Source: Octopus sinensis
Lineage: Eukaryota
Direction of reading: 5' to 3'
Assembly: GCF_006345805.1 (NCBI RefSeq)
Contig: NW_021827917.1
Location: 1 to 9,475, forward strand
DNA length: 9,475 nt
Below the pieces are notes generated by a model. It did no database searches. It had not been told where the DNA came from and was given only the letters and a program-made list of their open reading frames with translations. The translations under genes and the position numbers were made by a program. Shown here in pieces: positions 1 to 7,469 of this stretch (positions within the stretch are counted from its first letter, which is position 1; the number at the start of each line of letters is the position of its first letter).

Positions 1-70
1 CGAGACGTAGAACTCAACGAGAAACGAAAACGGAAAAAACAGAGTACAAGACTATATATATATACTCGTT

Positions 71-475
71 ACTCTTTTACTCTTTTACTTGTTTCAGTCA
101 TTTGACTGCGGCCATGCTGGAGCACCGCCTTTAATCGAGCAACTCGACACCGGGACTTATTCTTTTGTAGCCCAGTACTTATTCTATCGGTCCTCTTTTG
201 CCGAACGCTAAGTACGGGGACACATAAACACACCAGCATCGGTTGTCAAGCAATGCTAGGTGGACAACACAGACACACAAACCCACACCACACGCATATA
301 TATACTATACGACGACGGGCTTCTTTCAGTTTCCGTCTACCAAATCCACTCACGAGGCATTGGTCGGCCGAGGCTATAGTAGAAGACACTTGCCCAAGGT
401 GCCAGGCAGTGGGACTGAACCCGGAACCATGTGGTTGGTAAACAAGCTACTTACCACACAGCCACTCCTGCGCCT
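71..475 (-). mobile_element. SINE family A, near full length (tRNA-derived head, internal CA/TA microsatellite, (AGTAAAAG)n tail)
   Basis: The minus strand starts GGCGCAGGAGTGGCTGTGTGG, with A-box-like TGGCTGTGTGG at 454-464 and B-box-like GGTTCAGTCCC at 411-421. It is collinear with 8605-9004, with partial copies at 1003-1100 and 1859-2050. The segment ACCTTGGGCAAGTGTCTT after the head resembles the start of CORE-type SINE domains (tentative). Confidence 0.9.
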
Positions 476-580
476 ATATATATATATATAATCAGGAAGA
501 ACATGCGGCGGTTCATAGCCAGGATTTCGAACGAAATCAATTCAACAGACTCAATGGCTGCCCTCTTGAGATTCGGCGTT

Positions 581-618
581 GCGGTTAGTACTAACCGCTG
601 TAACAATTTTACTTCCGG
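581..618. promoter_or_regulatory. 18-bp perfect palindrome plus ETS-type motif in CpG-rich unique sequence
   Basis: GCGGTTAGTACTAACCGC (581-598) is self-complementary. ACTTCCGG (611-618) is the reverse complement of the ETS consensus CCGGAAGT. Any function is inferred only. Confidence 0.3.
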
Positions 619-830
619 CCGCCCGCTTTTTCCCCTTCTCAAATAGGAATTTGCAGAACCGCAACACAACCGATAGCTCCTCAACGACAACGAGTAGGCC
701 GACAACATGTTGGAAATCCAGACGGAAGCGGAGGAAGACGGCGAATAGGAGGAAATCAAAACAAGTGGAGCGGAGAAGAGATGGAAAGAGAGAAGACGGA
801 GATGTCGTAATGGATGTCATAAGGAACGTC

Positions 831-970
831 GAAGCAGAAAGAGAAGAGAAAGTAGAGAAAAAAGAGTAGGAGAGAAAGAAGAGAGAATAAGAAGGGGAGA
901 AGGGGGGTGGAAGAGCAGGAGAGTGTGAGGAAGGAAGTGGCGGTGAAGGAGGGAGAGGAGCAAGGGAAGA
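831..970. repeat. Purine-rich (GA) low-complexity tract
   Basis: The plus strand is almost all G and A. This accounts for the Leu/Ser/Pro/Phe-rich antisense ORFs in the track. Confidence 0.85.
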
Positions 971-1002
971 CAACATCGTGAGAATGTCCTGCCCCCATCT
1001 GT

Positions 1003-1100
1003 GTGGCTGTGTGGTAAGTAGCTTGCTTTACCAACCACATGGTTCCGGGTTCAGTCCCACTGCGTGGCACCTTGGGCAAGTGTCTTCTACTATAGCCTCG
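1003..1100 (+). mobile_element. SINE family A head fragment (tRNA-like part only)
   Basis: GTGGCTGTGTGGTAAGTAGC...GGTTCAGTCCCACTGCGTGGCACCTTGGGCAAGTGTCTTCTACTATAGCCTCG matches the reverse complement of the head at ~370-465, then switches abruptly to unrelated sequence. Confidence 0.9.
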
Positions 1101-1429
1101 ACCCGATCCGTAACAACAGCAACAGCAACAACAACAACAAGGAAGGGCACATTAGATAATGTATTCCCAGATACACAATGTCTGAATAAAAGACAGGGTG
1201 GTCACAAATGGAACGTCTTTAATTATAGGTCTGCGGGTTCAGGATTGACCTAGATTTAAACAACAACAACAACAACTGCAATAACGAGGAAGGACACATT
1301 AGATAATGTAGGCCAAGATAGACTATGACTATATCTGGAGAAAGGAGAGGATGGTCGCCGATGGAAGGTCTCTTCATCACAGTTCTTGACCCGATCCGTA
1401 ACAACAGCAACAGCAACAACAACAACAAC
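1100..1429 (+). repeat. Tandem ~145-bp modules ending in (AAC)n tails, probably retroelement 3' ends
   Basis: An identical 41-mer GACCCGATCCGTAACAACAGC...AACAA sits at 1100-1140 and 1388-1428. Two diverged units start GGAAGG(G/A)CACATTAGATAATGTA at 1141 and 1289, and each ends in an AAC run. Confidence 0.7.
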
Positions 1430-1499
1430 CGACATACGTAAAACGTTTAACGAAATGGTTTAAGTCTTATGAGGAGGAAGAAGAGAGGTGAAGAAAGTG

Positions 1500-1516
1500 A
1501 CTTCCGGGTCGGAAGT
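1500..1516. promoter_or_regulatory. Inverted pair of ETS-like motifs (candidate promoter core)
   Basis: ACTTCCG-GGT-CGGAAGT lies in CpG-rich non-repeat sequence. The ETS/GABP core CCGGAAGT is a known promoter motif. Confidence 0.4.
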
Positions 1517-1695
1517 GCTTCGGACATTGTGGAATTGTTGATAGGAACAGAAAATAAAATAAATCAAAAAATACGGCCACAAAAATCTGGGTTTGCCATA
1601 TCGACCTCGATAAAAGGCATTCTCGGTGTCTTTCCGCTGTTTACGGATCTTGTGTGAAATTTTCTGCCCCAGTTTGGTGATGAGGGTTTTTGGAG

Positions 1696-1711
1696 ATGGA
1701 TGAAGGTGAGA
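1696..1711 (+). other. Candidate start codon and splice donor of a first exon (ATG GAT GAA G|GTGAGA)
   Basis: The ATG context is gagATGG, an in-frame TGA lies upstream at 1681-1683, and the donor AAG|GTGAGA is near consensus. It lies ~180 bp downstream of the ETS pair. No downstream exon was identified. Confidence 0.25.
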
Positions 1712-1745
1712 CCGTTTCGTTGTGAGAATTAATCTGGGAATTGAG

Positions 1746-1858
1746 TAGGATGGGAACTCGGTTTACGAATCGCTCGAGACGTTCCTTGATCGAAAAAAAT
1801 TGTTCGTAAAACGATTTTTTCGGATTGAGAGGCATTCGTGAACCGAAGCTCCACTGTA
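1746..1858. mobile_element. Tigger/pogo-like MITE or transposon end
   Basis: The right end reads TA-CAGTGGAGCTTCGGTTCACGAAT on the minus strand, a CAGT terminus at a TA typical of Tc1/pogo-type elements. The left end TAGGATGGGAACTCGGTTTACGAAT matches it at 17/25. Confidence 0.55.
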
Positions 1859-2050
1859 CACACACACACACACAACACACACATACACATATATATACGA
1901 TGACTTCTTTCAGTTTCCATCTACCAAATTCCCTCACAAGGTTTAGGTTAGCCCGAGGCTATAGTAGAAGACACTTGCCCAAGGTGCCACACAGTGGGAC
2001 TGAACCTGGAACCATGTGGTTGGTAATACAAGCTACTTACCACACAGTCA
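1859..2050 (-). mobile_element. SINE family A, 5' half (head to internal microsatellite)
   Basis: It aligns to ~270-464 and ~8805-8995. The extreme 5' end and the whole 3' half are missing. Confidence 0.9.
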
Positions 2051-2101
2051 CATATACTTATCTACATACATACATACATATACTATATATATATATATAT
2101 A

Positions 2102-2146
<45 letters not shown>

Positions 2147-2167
2147 AATATATATATAGATATATAT
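2051..2167. repeat. (TACA)n/(TA)n microsatellite
   Basis: Seen directly. Shorter TA tracts occur at ~53-64, 475-490 and 2560-2593. Confidence 0.95.
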
Positions 2168-2169
2168 GT

Positions 2170-2452
2170 GGAGGCGCAATGGCCCAGTGGGTAGAGCAGC
2201 GGCCTCGCGGTCGTTGTGAGTGTTTATTGAGCGAAAACACCTAAAGCTCCACGAGACTCCGGCAGGGGGTGGTGGTGATCCCTGCTGTACTCTTTCGCCA
2301 CAACTTTCTCTCACTCTTTCTTCTGTTGGCCTGCTCGCTTAGCCAGCGGGATGGCGTCGTTTGAAGGCTAAAACAATGCAGAGCGCATTGTGACCAGCGA
2401 TGTGTAGCAACATCTGATAGCCTGGTCGATCACGGTGATACACACACACACA
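2170..2452 (+). mobile_element. SINE family B, tail variant 1, B-box deleted, (CA)n end
   Basis: It starts GGAGGCGCAATGGCCCAGTGG and matches 4535-4728, apart from a 32-nt deletion (equivalent to 4578-4609) that removes the B-box. Its 3' part differs from that of the 4535 copy. Confidence 0.85.
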
Positions 2453-2891
2453 TTGTTTATACCATTTATTCTTTTGAATAGTATCAGTGAAATTTTCGAA
2501 ACATGTGTCGAAAGTAAAAATATTTGATATACACCTGCGTTAACTCCATTTATTTATTCATATATATATATATGTATGTATATATATATATATAAATTTT
2601 TCACTCCCTTATAACAAACCGCGGTTCTCTTTCTGCGGTACTATCTTGTGACGCACGTGGTAATCTTGGAGGGAAAATACGAATTCATTCGTCCATGTGG
2701 ATTTGGATGTGCTTACTATCTCCTGTTATTTTCCGATGGCACTGGATCGGGATGCAAACGGTAGGTTCATAGTATTTGCAAATTTATAAATTACCCTATC
2801 GTTGTATAATTCTAACCCAGAAACGCTTTCACGATTAATCGAAGACTGTTTGATTTCGTTATTTTTGTTCTTTTGCCTACGTGAGTTACGT

Positions 2892-3111
2892 TTCATTTCC
2901 TTGGATGACATAAAATGATACCTTGATGAATTCTTTGCCATAAAAGCACTTCAATTCTGGGAAGAGGGTATTTTCAGGTTAAAGGAAAGATGGAGACGCA
3001 TTGTGCAACAAAATGGTTCATATTTGGTTGATTAAAAAATGTAATGTCAAGTATTTATTGACCTTTTCCTTTCCTTTAAATATCGGTACGAACTTTCCGG
3101 ACAACCCAATA
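2892..3111 (+). mobile_element. Mariner transposon 3' remnant (transposase C-terminus plus right TIR)
   Basis: 2892-3035 translates to FISLDDIK*YLDEFFAIKALQFWEEGIFRLKERWRRIVQQNGSYLVD*, a mariner C-terminal pattern with one internal stop. The TIR at ~3078-3111 reads TATTGGGTTGTCCGGAAAGTTCGTACCGATATTT on the minus strand and ends at TA. Confidence 0.9.
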
Positions 3112-3290
3112 GATACATGAATATTCTAGTTGAAAAACAAAAGACAAATGGTTATATTATAACTCAAATATTTTATTTAATTTTATTCATTTTACAAGAG
3201 TTTTTCCCTTCTTAAATACATTTTGGTATGTTTGAATAACAATATATTACCTGTGGAGTAATATCTGTAGTAAAAAGGAATAAGCGGTCT

Positions 3291-3458
3291 TTGGTTGCTA
3301 TTTCTTAATTTTCGGTACGCTAAACCCTTAACAATATTTATACATATATATATACGTTGATGGAAGAAGTGCTCCTTGGTTGCTATTTCTTAATTTTCGG
3401 TATGCTTAACCCTTAATAATATTTATACATATATATATACGTTGATGGAAGAAGTGCT
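3291..3458. repeat. Two-copy tandem duplication, period 85 bp
   Basis: 3291-3373 and 3376-3458 differ at 3 of 83 positions and are separated by CC. Confidence 0.95.
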
Positions 3459-3714
3459 TGCGTCATTTTTAAATATATATCTTGCTTGTTATTGCTACAG
3501 TTGCTGTTGTATTTGTTGCTTCTGTCTTCGCTTCGTTTGTTAACGACATCATCTTGTGGAGGGGAGGAAACAGTGTAATAATAACAGCCGTTCCAACAAC
3601 TAACGTTCCGCCTGATTTGCGATGTCGTGTTGATATTTTTGGTTTTTGCAATATTAAAATTTACAATCTTTAAATCTCAAAAATTTTATCCTTTTAAAGG
3701 GCGAATTCTTGTTA

Positions 3715-4312
3715 GGGCAGTCTTTCGTCTCTAGTAGACCTTTCCGTCGATTTCCGTAAAAAATTTTTTTTTTTACATATGGGCTTGCGGGAACTTTTGA
3801 AGTAATGAGAGCGAAAGAGACTAAGAGAAAGCGATTGTATGAGGAGGGAAGTTCTTTTGAAGTTACCGTCCAGGGGAAGCATTGATGTACATGTGTGTGT
3901 GTTTGATGGGGTGTGGGAGACAGACAGTATGTTGTGTAAGTGAAGTGCTTCTGTTAGTGTGTGTGAAGAGGGGAAGTTCTTTTGAAGTTACCGTGCATAG
4001 CAAGCATTGGTGTACATGTGTGTGTGTGTGTGTGTTTGATGGGGTGTGGGAGACAGACGGTATGTTGTGTAAGTGAAGTGCTTCTGTTAGTGTGTGTGAA
4101 GAGACAGTAATGTGTGAAAGAAAGAGATAACTGAAATTTTTTACTCGGTGTATGTGTATATGTATGTCTGCATGTATGTGTGTGTGTGTGTGTATGTATC
4201 TATGTGTGTGTATATGTATGTATATTACTTCAAAAGTTCCCGCAAGCCCATATGTAAAAAAAAAAATTTTTTTTACGGAAATCGACGGAAAGGTCTAGAG
4301 ACGAAAGATCGC
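3715..4312. mobile_element. Non-autonomous long-TIR DNA element (MITE, ~600 bp)
   Basis: Inverted repeats at 3721-3806 and 4224-4308 are identical except for a TAG duplication and an A-run length. An 8-bp direct repeat TCTTGTTA at 3707-3714 and 4313-4320 is a candidate TSD. There is no transposase inside. Confidence 0.85.
3846..4103. repeat. Internal tandem duplication in the MITE (125 + 133 bp)
   Basis: 3846-3970 and 3971-4103 both start GGGAAGTTCTTTTGAAGTTACCGT and end GTGTGAAGAG. They differ mainly by four extra GT dinucleotides. Confidence 0.92.
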
Positions 4313-4531
4313 TCTTGTTACCCCAGCTGGGTACGCTTCTAGCGAGCTGGATTATTTAGTTAAAAATTCAATAAAACAACGAATTTTGAGGAAAACGTAA
4401 GAGCTACGAACACACGTCCTCCAGTTCCTTCTTCTCTCTTCCTGCCTTTAGCCCTCCAACACGGAGTGTAGGCCACTTATAGTTGAATCCCATGTCGTAT
4501 AATTTTTCGCTTCTGTACTTATACTCTGCCA

Positions 4532-4921
4532 AGTGGAGGCGCAATGGCCCAGTGGTTAGGGCAGCGGACTCGCGGTCATAGGATCGCGGTTTCGATTCCC
4601 AGACCGGGCGTTGTGAGTGTTTATTGAGCGAACAAACACCTAAAAGCTCCACGAGGCTCCGGCAGGGGATGGTGGTGATCCCTGCTGTACTCTTTCACCA
4701 CAACTTTCTCTCACTCTTACTTCCTGTTTCTGTTGTACCTGTATTTGAAAGGGCCGGCCTTGTCACTCTCTGTGTCACGCTGAATATCCCCGAGAACTAC
4801 GTTAAGGGTACACGTGTCTGTGGAGTGCTCAGCCACTTACACGTTAATTTCACGAGCAGGCTGTTCCGTTGATTCGGATCAACCGGAACCCTCGTCGTCG
4901 TAACCGTCGGAGTGCTTCCAC
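4532..4921 (+). mobile_element. SINE family B, tail variant 2, full length with 11-bp TSD
   Basis: The A-box TGGCCCAGTGG is at 4545-4555 and a B-box-like GGTTTCGATTCCC is at ~4588-4600. TCG sits in the anticodon-like position, suggesting a tRNA-Arg origin. It is flanked by ATACTCTGCCA at 4521-4531 and 4922-4932. Confidence 0.92.
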
Positions 4922-5019
4922 ATACTCTGCCATGAATGTCTCCCTTTCTCTAGTTCCTTTTGTGTTGATCTCCGCCACGAGTTCTTAGGCCTACCTCTCC
5001 TTCTATATCCATCCGGATA

Positions 5020-5476
5020 AGGTAGCGAGCTGGCAGAATCGTTAGCACGCCGGGCGAAATGCGTGGCCGTATTTCGTCTGCCGTTACGTTCTGAGTTCAA
5101 ATTCCGCCGAGGTCGACTTTGCCTTTCATCCTTTCGGGGTCGATAAATTAAGTACCAGTTACGCACTGGAGTCGATATAATCGACTTAATACGTTTGTAT
5201 GTCCTTGTTCGTCCCCTCTGTGTTTAGCCCCTTGTGGGTATAAAGATATAGGTATTTAGTCTGTCTTTACGTTCTGAGTTCAAATTCCGCCGAGGTTGAC
5301 TTTGCCTTTCATCCTTTCGGGTCGATAATTAAGTACCAGTTACGCAATGGGTTCGATATAATCGACTTAATCCGTTTGTCTGTCTTGTTTGTCCTTGTTT
5401 GTCCCTCTTGTTAGCCCCTTGTGGGTAATAAAGAAATAGGTATTTCGTCTGTCGTTACGTTCTGAGTTCAAATTCC
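5020..5476 (+). mobile_element. SINE family C array: head unit, one headless unit and a partial third unit
   Basis: The head AGGTAGCGAGCTGGCAGAATCG has an A-box-like motif, and the B-box-like GAGTTCAAATTCC is at ~5094-5106. GTATTT(C/A)GTCTG recurs at 5069, 5252 and 5440 (periods 183 and 188 bp). Confidence 0.92.
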
Positions 5477-5713
5477 ATACAATAACACCGATTTTGCTCC
5501 AGGCGCAGATAATAATTACTTCTTTATTAGCCACAAGGACTTATATAAAACAGCATGAAATGGCACCCAATAAAATGAAAAGACGATACAAGACAATAAA
5601 ACGGGGTTTCAAATCAAATTAACAGTAAAATAACAAAAATAGAAATATTAAATTTCTAAATATCTCAGAGTGATATAAGCAGTGGTGGAACGATAGAGCA
5701 GTTGTATACCCCC

Positions 5714-6127
5714 ATTTCTTTATTACCCACAAGTGGCTAAACATAGAAGGGACAAACAAGGACAGACATAGGTAGTAAGTCGATTACATCGACCCCAGTG
5801 CGTAACTGGTCCTTAATTTATCGACCCCGAAAGGAAGGAAAGGCAAAGTCGACCTCGGCGAATTTGAACTCAGAACGTAACGCAGACGAAATACCTATTT
5901 CTTTACTACCCACAAGGGCTAAACATAGAAGGGACAAACAAGGACAGACATAAGGTATTAAGTCGATTACATCGACCCCAGTGCGTAACTGGTACTTATT
6001 TATCGACCCCGAAAGGATGAAAGGTAAAGTCGACCTCAGCGGAATTTGAACTCAGAACGTAACGGCAGACGAAATACCGCTAAGCATTTCGCCTGACGTG
6101 CTAACGTTTCTGCCAGCTCGCCGCCTT
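5714..6127 (-). mobile_element. SINE family C dimer (head unit 5895-6127 plus headless unit 5714-5894)
   Basis: It is the reverse complement of the 5020 array, with period 183 bp and the same junction (AAATAG|GTATTTCGTCTG). It is bracketed by a 13-bp repeat GAGCAGTTGTATA at 5696-5708 and 6144-6156. Confidence 0.92.
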
Positions 6128-6156
6128 GTATATCGTTGTATATGAGCAGTTGTATA

Positions 6157-6318
6157 TCGTCAACTTAACGTGACAGTCCCAGAAAGGGAATCACACCACC
6201 GCTATTTAACCCTAGGAAGCATCAACGTTTCCTGTCGGCCATGACACATTTCCTGCTTCCTAGGGCTAAATAGCGGTGGTGTGATTCCCTTTATGGGACT
6301 GTCACGTTAAGTTGACAG
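6157..6318. mobile_element. Palindromic 162-bp MITE with TA flanks
   Basis: The arms 6159-6221 and 6254-6316 match at 61/63 around a 32-bp spacer. TA lies at 6155-6156 and 6319-6320. Confidence 0.85.
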
Positions 6319-7005
6319 TATACAGTAAAATAACAATTAAAATGAAACAAGTAAAATCTTCCAATAGGGGGAGACACTTGAATGCTACACGTGGGAAAAC
6401 TCACAGAAGCCAGGAGTGGCCTGGACAACAAGGCAAGAACCCTCTCCCTTTTTCCTTTTGACAGGTGCATGCTCCAAACAGGTCCTTTTACATTGACCCT
6501 TTTCCCGACATTCACTCACCTTTCAGCAAACTTCCTTGAAGACAACACTTCCGTCGCTATCCCCACTTTCCTTTTCAAGTGAAACTTAAAAAAGTTTATG
6601 AGGGCTTGGCCAAAGAGGAAAGTATCTGTCTTTAGCCCTTTCAAATGTATCCACCATGCGACCCTTTTCGCCACAGCCAACAGACAAATAAAGATTGCCT
6701 GCCCCTCCCGGCCAAAGGAGGTCGGCGGGGCAATCTTCACCATGGATTCAGCTGATAGTCGGGTCCGTCCTACACACGACAATGTGTTCGACATAAACCC
6801 AAAGGTCAGCAATGCTCGGGCACTGGATGAGTGTGTGCAGAACGGTTTCGTCGCTCTGCGCACACCTCAAGCAGGCTCGGTTGACGGTACTTTCGTGCCT
6901 GTAAACTTTATCCCGAACGGGCAGCGCCCCTCGGTAGCACTGCTAGGCCTGCGATTTCTGGAAGTTATCCATAGGCCCCGGATCGAAAGTCCTCTGGAAC
7001 AGACC

Positions 7006-7233
7006 TATTTCTTTATTACCCACAAGGGGCTAAACACAGAGGGGCAAACAAGGACAGACGTAGGTATTAAGTCGATTACATCGACCCCAGTGCGTAACTG
7101 GTACTTAATTTATCGACCCCGAAAGGATGAAAGGTAAAGTCGACCTCGGCGGAATTTGAACTCACAACGTAACGGCAGACGAAATACCGCTAAGCATTTC
7201 GCCCGGCGTGCTAACGTTTCTGCCAGCGCGCCG
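7006..7233 (-). mobile_element. SINE family C monomer inserted in the Tx1-like ORF
   Basis: It has a full head and one body, flanked by CCTCTGGAACAGACC at 6991-7005 and 7234-7248. Removing it restores the frame LTGLFQRTFDPG. Confidence 0.93.
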
Positions 7234-7469
7234 CCTCTGGAACAGACCGGTGAGTTGATCCTCGTCGACGCGCACAGTTTTCCCGAGAACGTCGCGGTAC
7301 TTTTCTTCCACTGACCGTCCATAGAATGCTAGAGTGGAACTACCACTGACCGCATTGCCCGCCTGGCAGAGGGCTGTGAGCGCTTAACGATACTCGAGGT
7401 GCCAAGCGACCCTCGGTCTGCGCCTTATTCAGGATTGTCCAGACGCAAATTTATAATAATTATTATTTC

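Larger units (their letters stand above)
4425..5518 (-). mobile_element. RTE-clade LINE 3' remnant in three pieces (~4425-4531, 4933-5019, 5475-5518)
   Basis: Removing both SINE insertions gives the open frame AWSKIGVIVWYPDGYRRRGRPKNSWRRSTQKELEKGRHSWQSISTEAKNYTTWDSTISGLHSVLEG* (stop at 4448-4450). W-x-P-x-G-x-RRRGRP-x-x-x-W is typical of RTE ORF C-termini. A GAA-rich stretch follows the stop. Confidence 0.8.
5519..7452 (-). mobile_element. Tx1/L1-like LINE, 5'-truncated and degraded (ORF2 C-terminus ~6516-7446; 3' UTR probably reaching ~5519)
   Basis: The minus frame reads ...FYGRSVEEKYRDVLGKTVRVDEDQLTGLFQRTFDPGPMDNFQKSQA*QCYRGALPVRDKVYRHESTVNRA-CLRCAQSDETVLHTLIQC-PSIADLWVYVE, with a CX2CX8HX4C knuckle at 6820-6873. 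After a frameshift near 6783 it continues ...CLLAVAKRVAWWIHLKGLKTDTFLFGQALINFFKFHLKRK. Assignment of 5519-5636 rests on a 15-bp repeat (5622-5636 and 6322-6336), an AATAAA, and a candidate TSD ATAATAATTA (5509-5518 and 7453-7462), so it is less certain. Confidence 0.8.

Noticed and set aside
1219-1428. Poly-Leu or poly-Gln/Thr coding repeats
   Set aside because: They come from non-coding (AAC)n tails.
243-2148. Recurrent GTEPGTMWLV peptides in ORFs 243..491, 756..1079, 817..1038 and 1825..2148 as a gene family
   Set aside because: They are antisense translations of the SINE A tRNA-like head.
3406-3416. piggyBac-type terminus TTAACCC
   Set aside because: No partner inverted end was found, and the other tandem copy has CTAAACCC.
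3469-3673. Hydrophobic 60-63 aa ORFs on both strands as small membrane proteins
   Set aside because: They derive from GTT/GCT-rich low-complexity sequence with no recognisable motif or splice support.
3697-3708. AAGGGCGAATTC, matching the TOPO-cloning vector junction
   Set aside because: Only 12 bp match and the following bases do not continue as vector, so this is consistent with chance.
4535-4610. Functional tRNA genes (also the SINE A and C heads)
   Set aside because: They have A/B boxes but no complete acceptor stem, and each continues into a SINE body with tail or TSD.
6598-7137. 179-aa plus-strand ORF as a protein-coding gene
   Set aside because: It is antisense to the Tx1-like ORF2 and runs into a SINE. 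The same applies to 6382..6582, 6291..6515 and 8106..8351.
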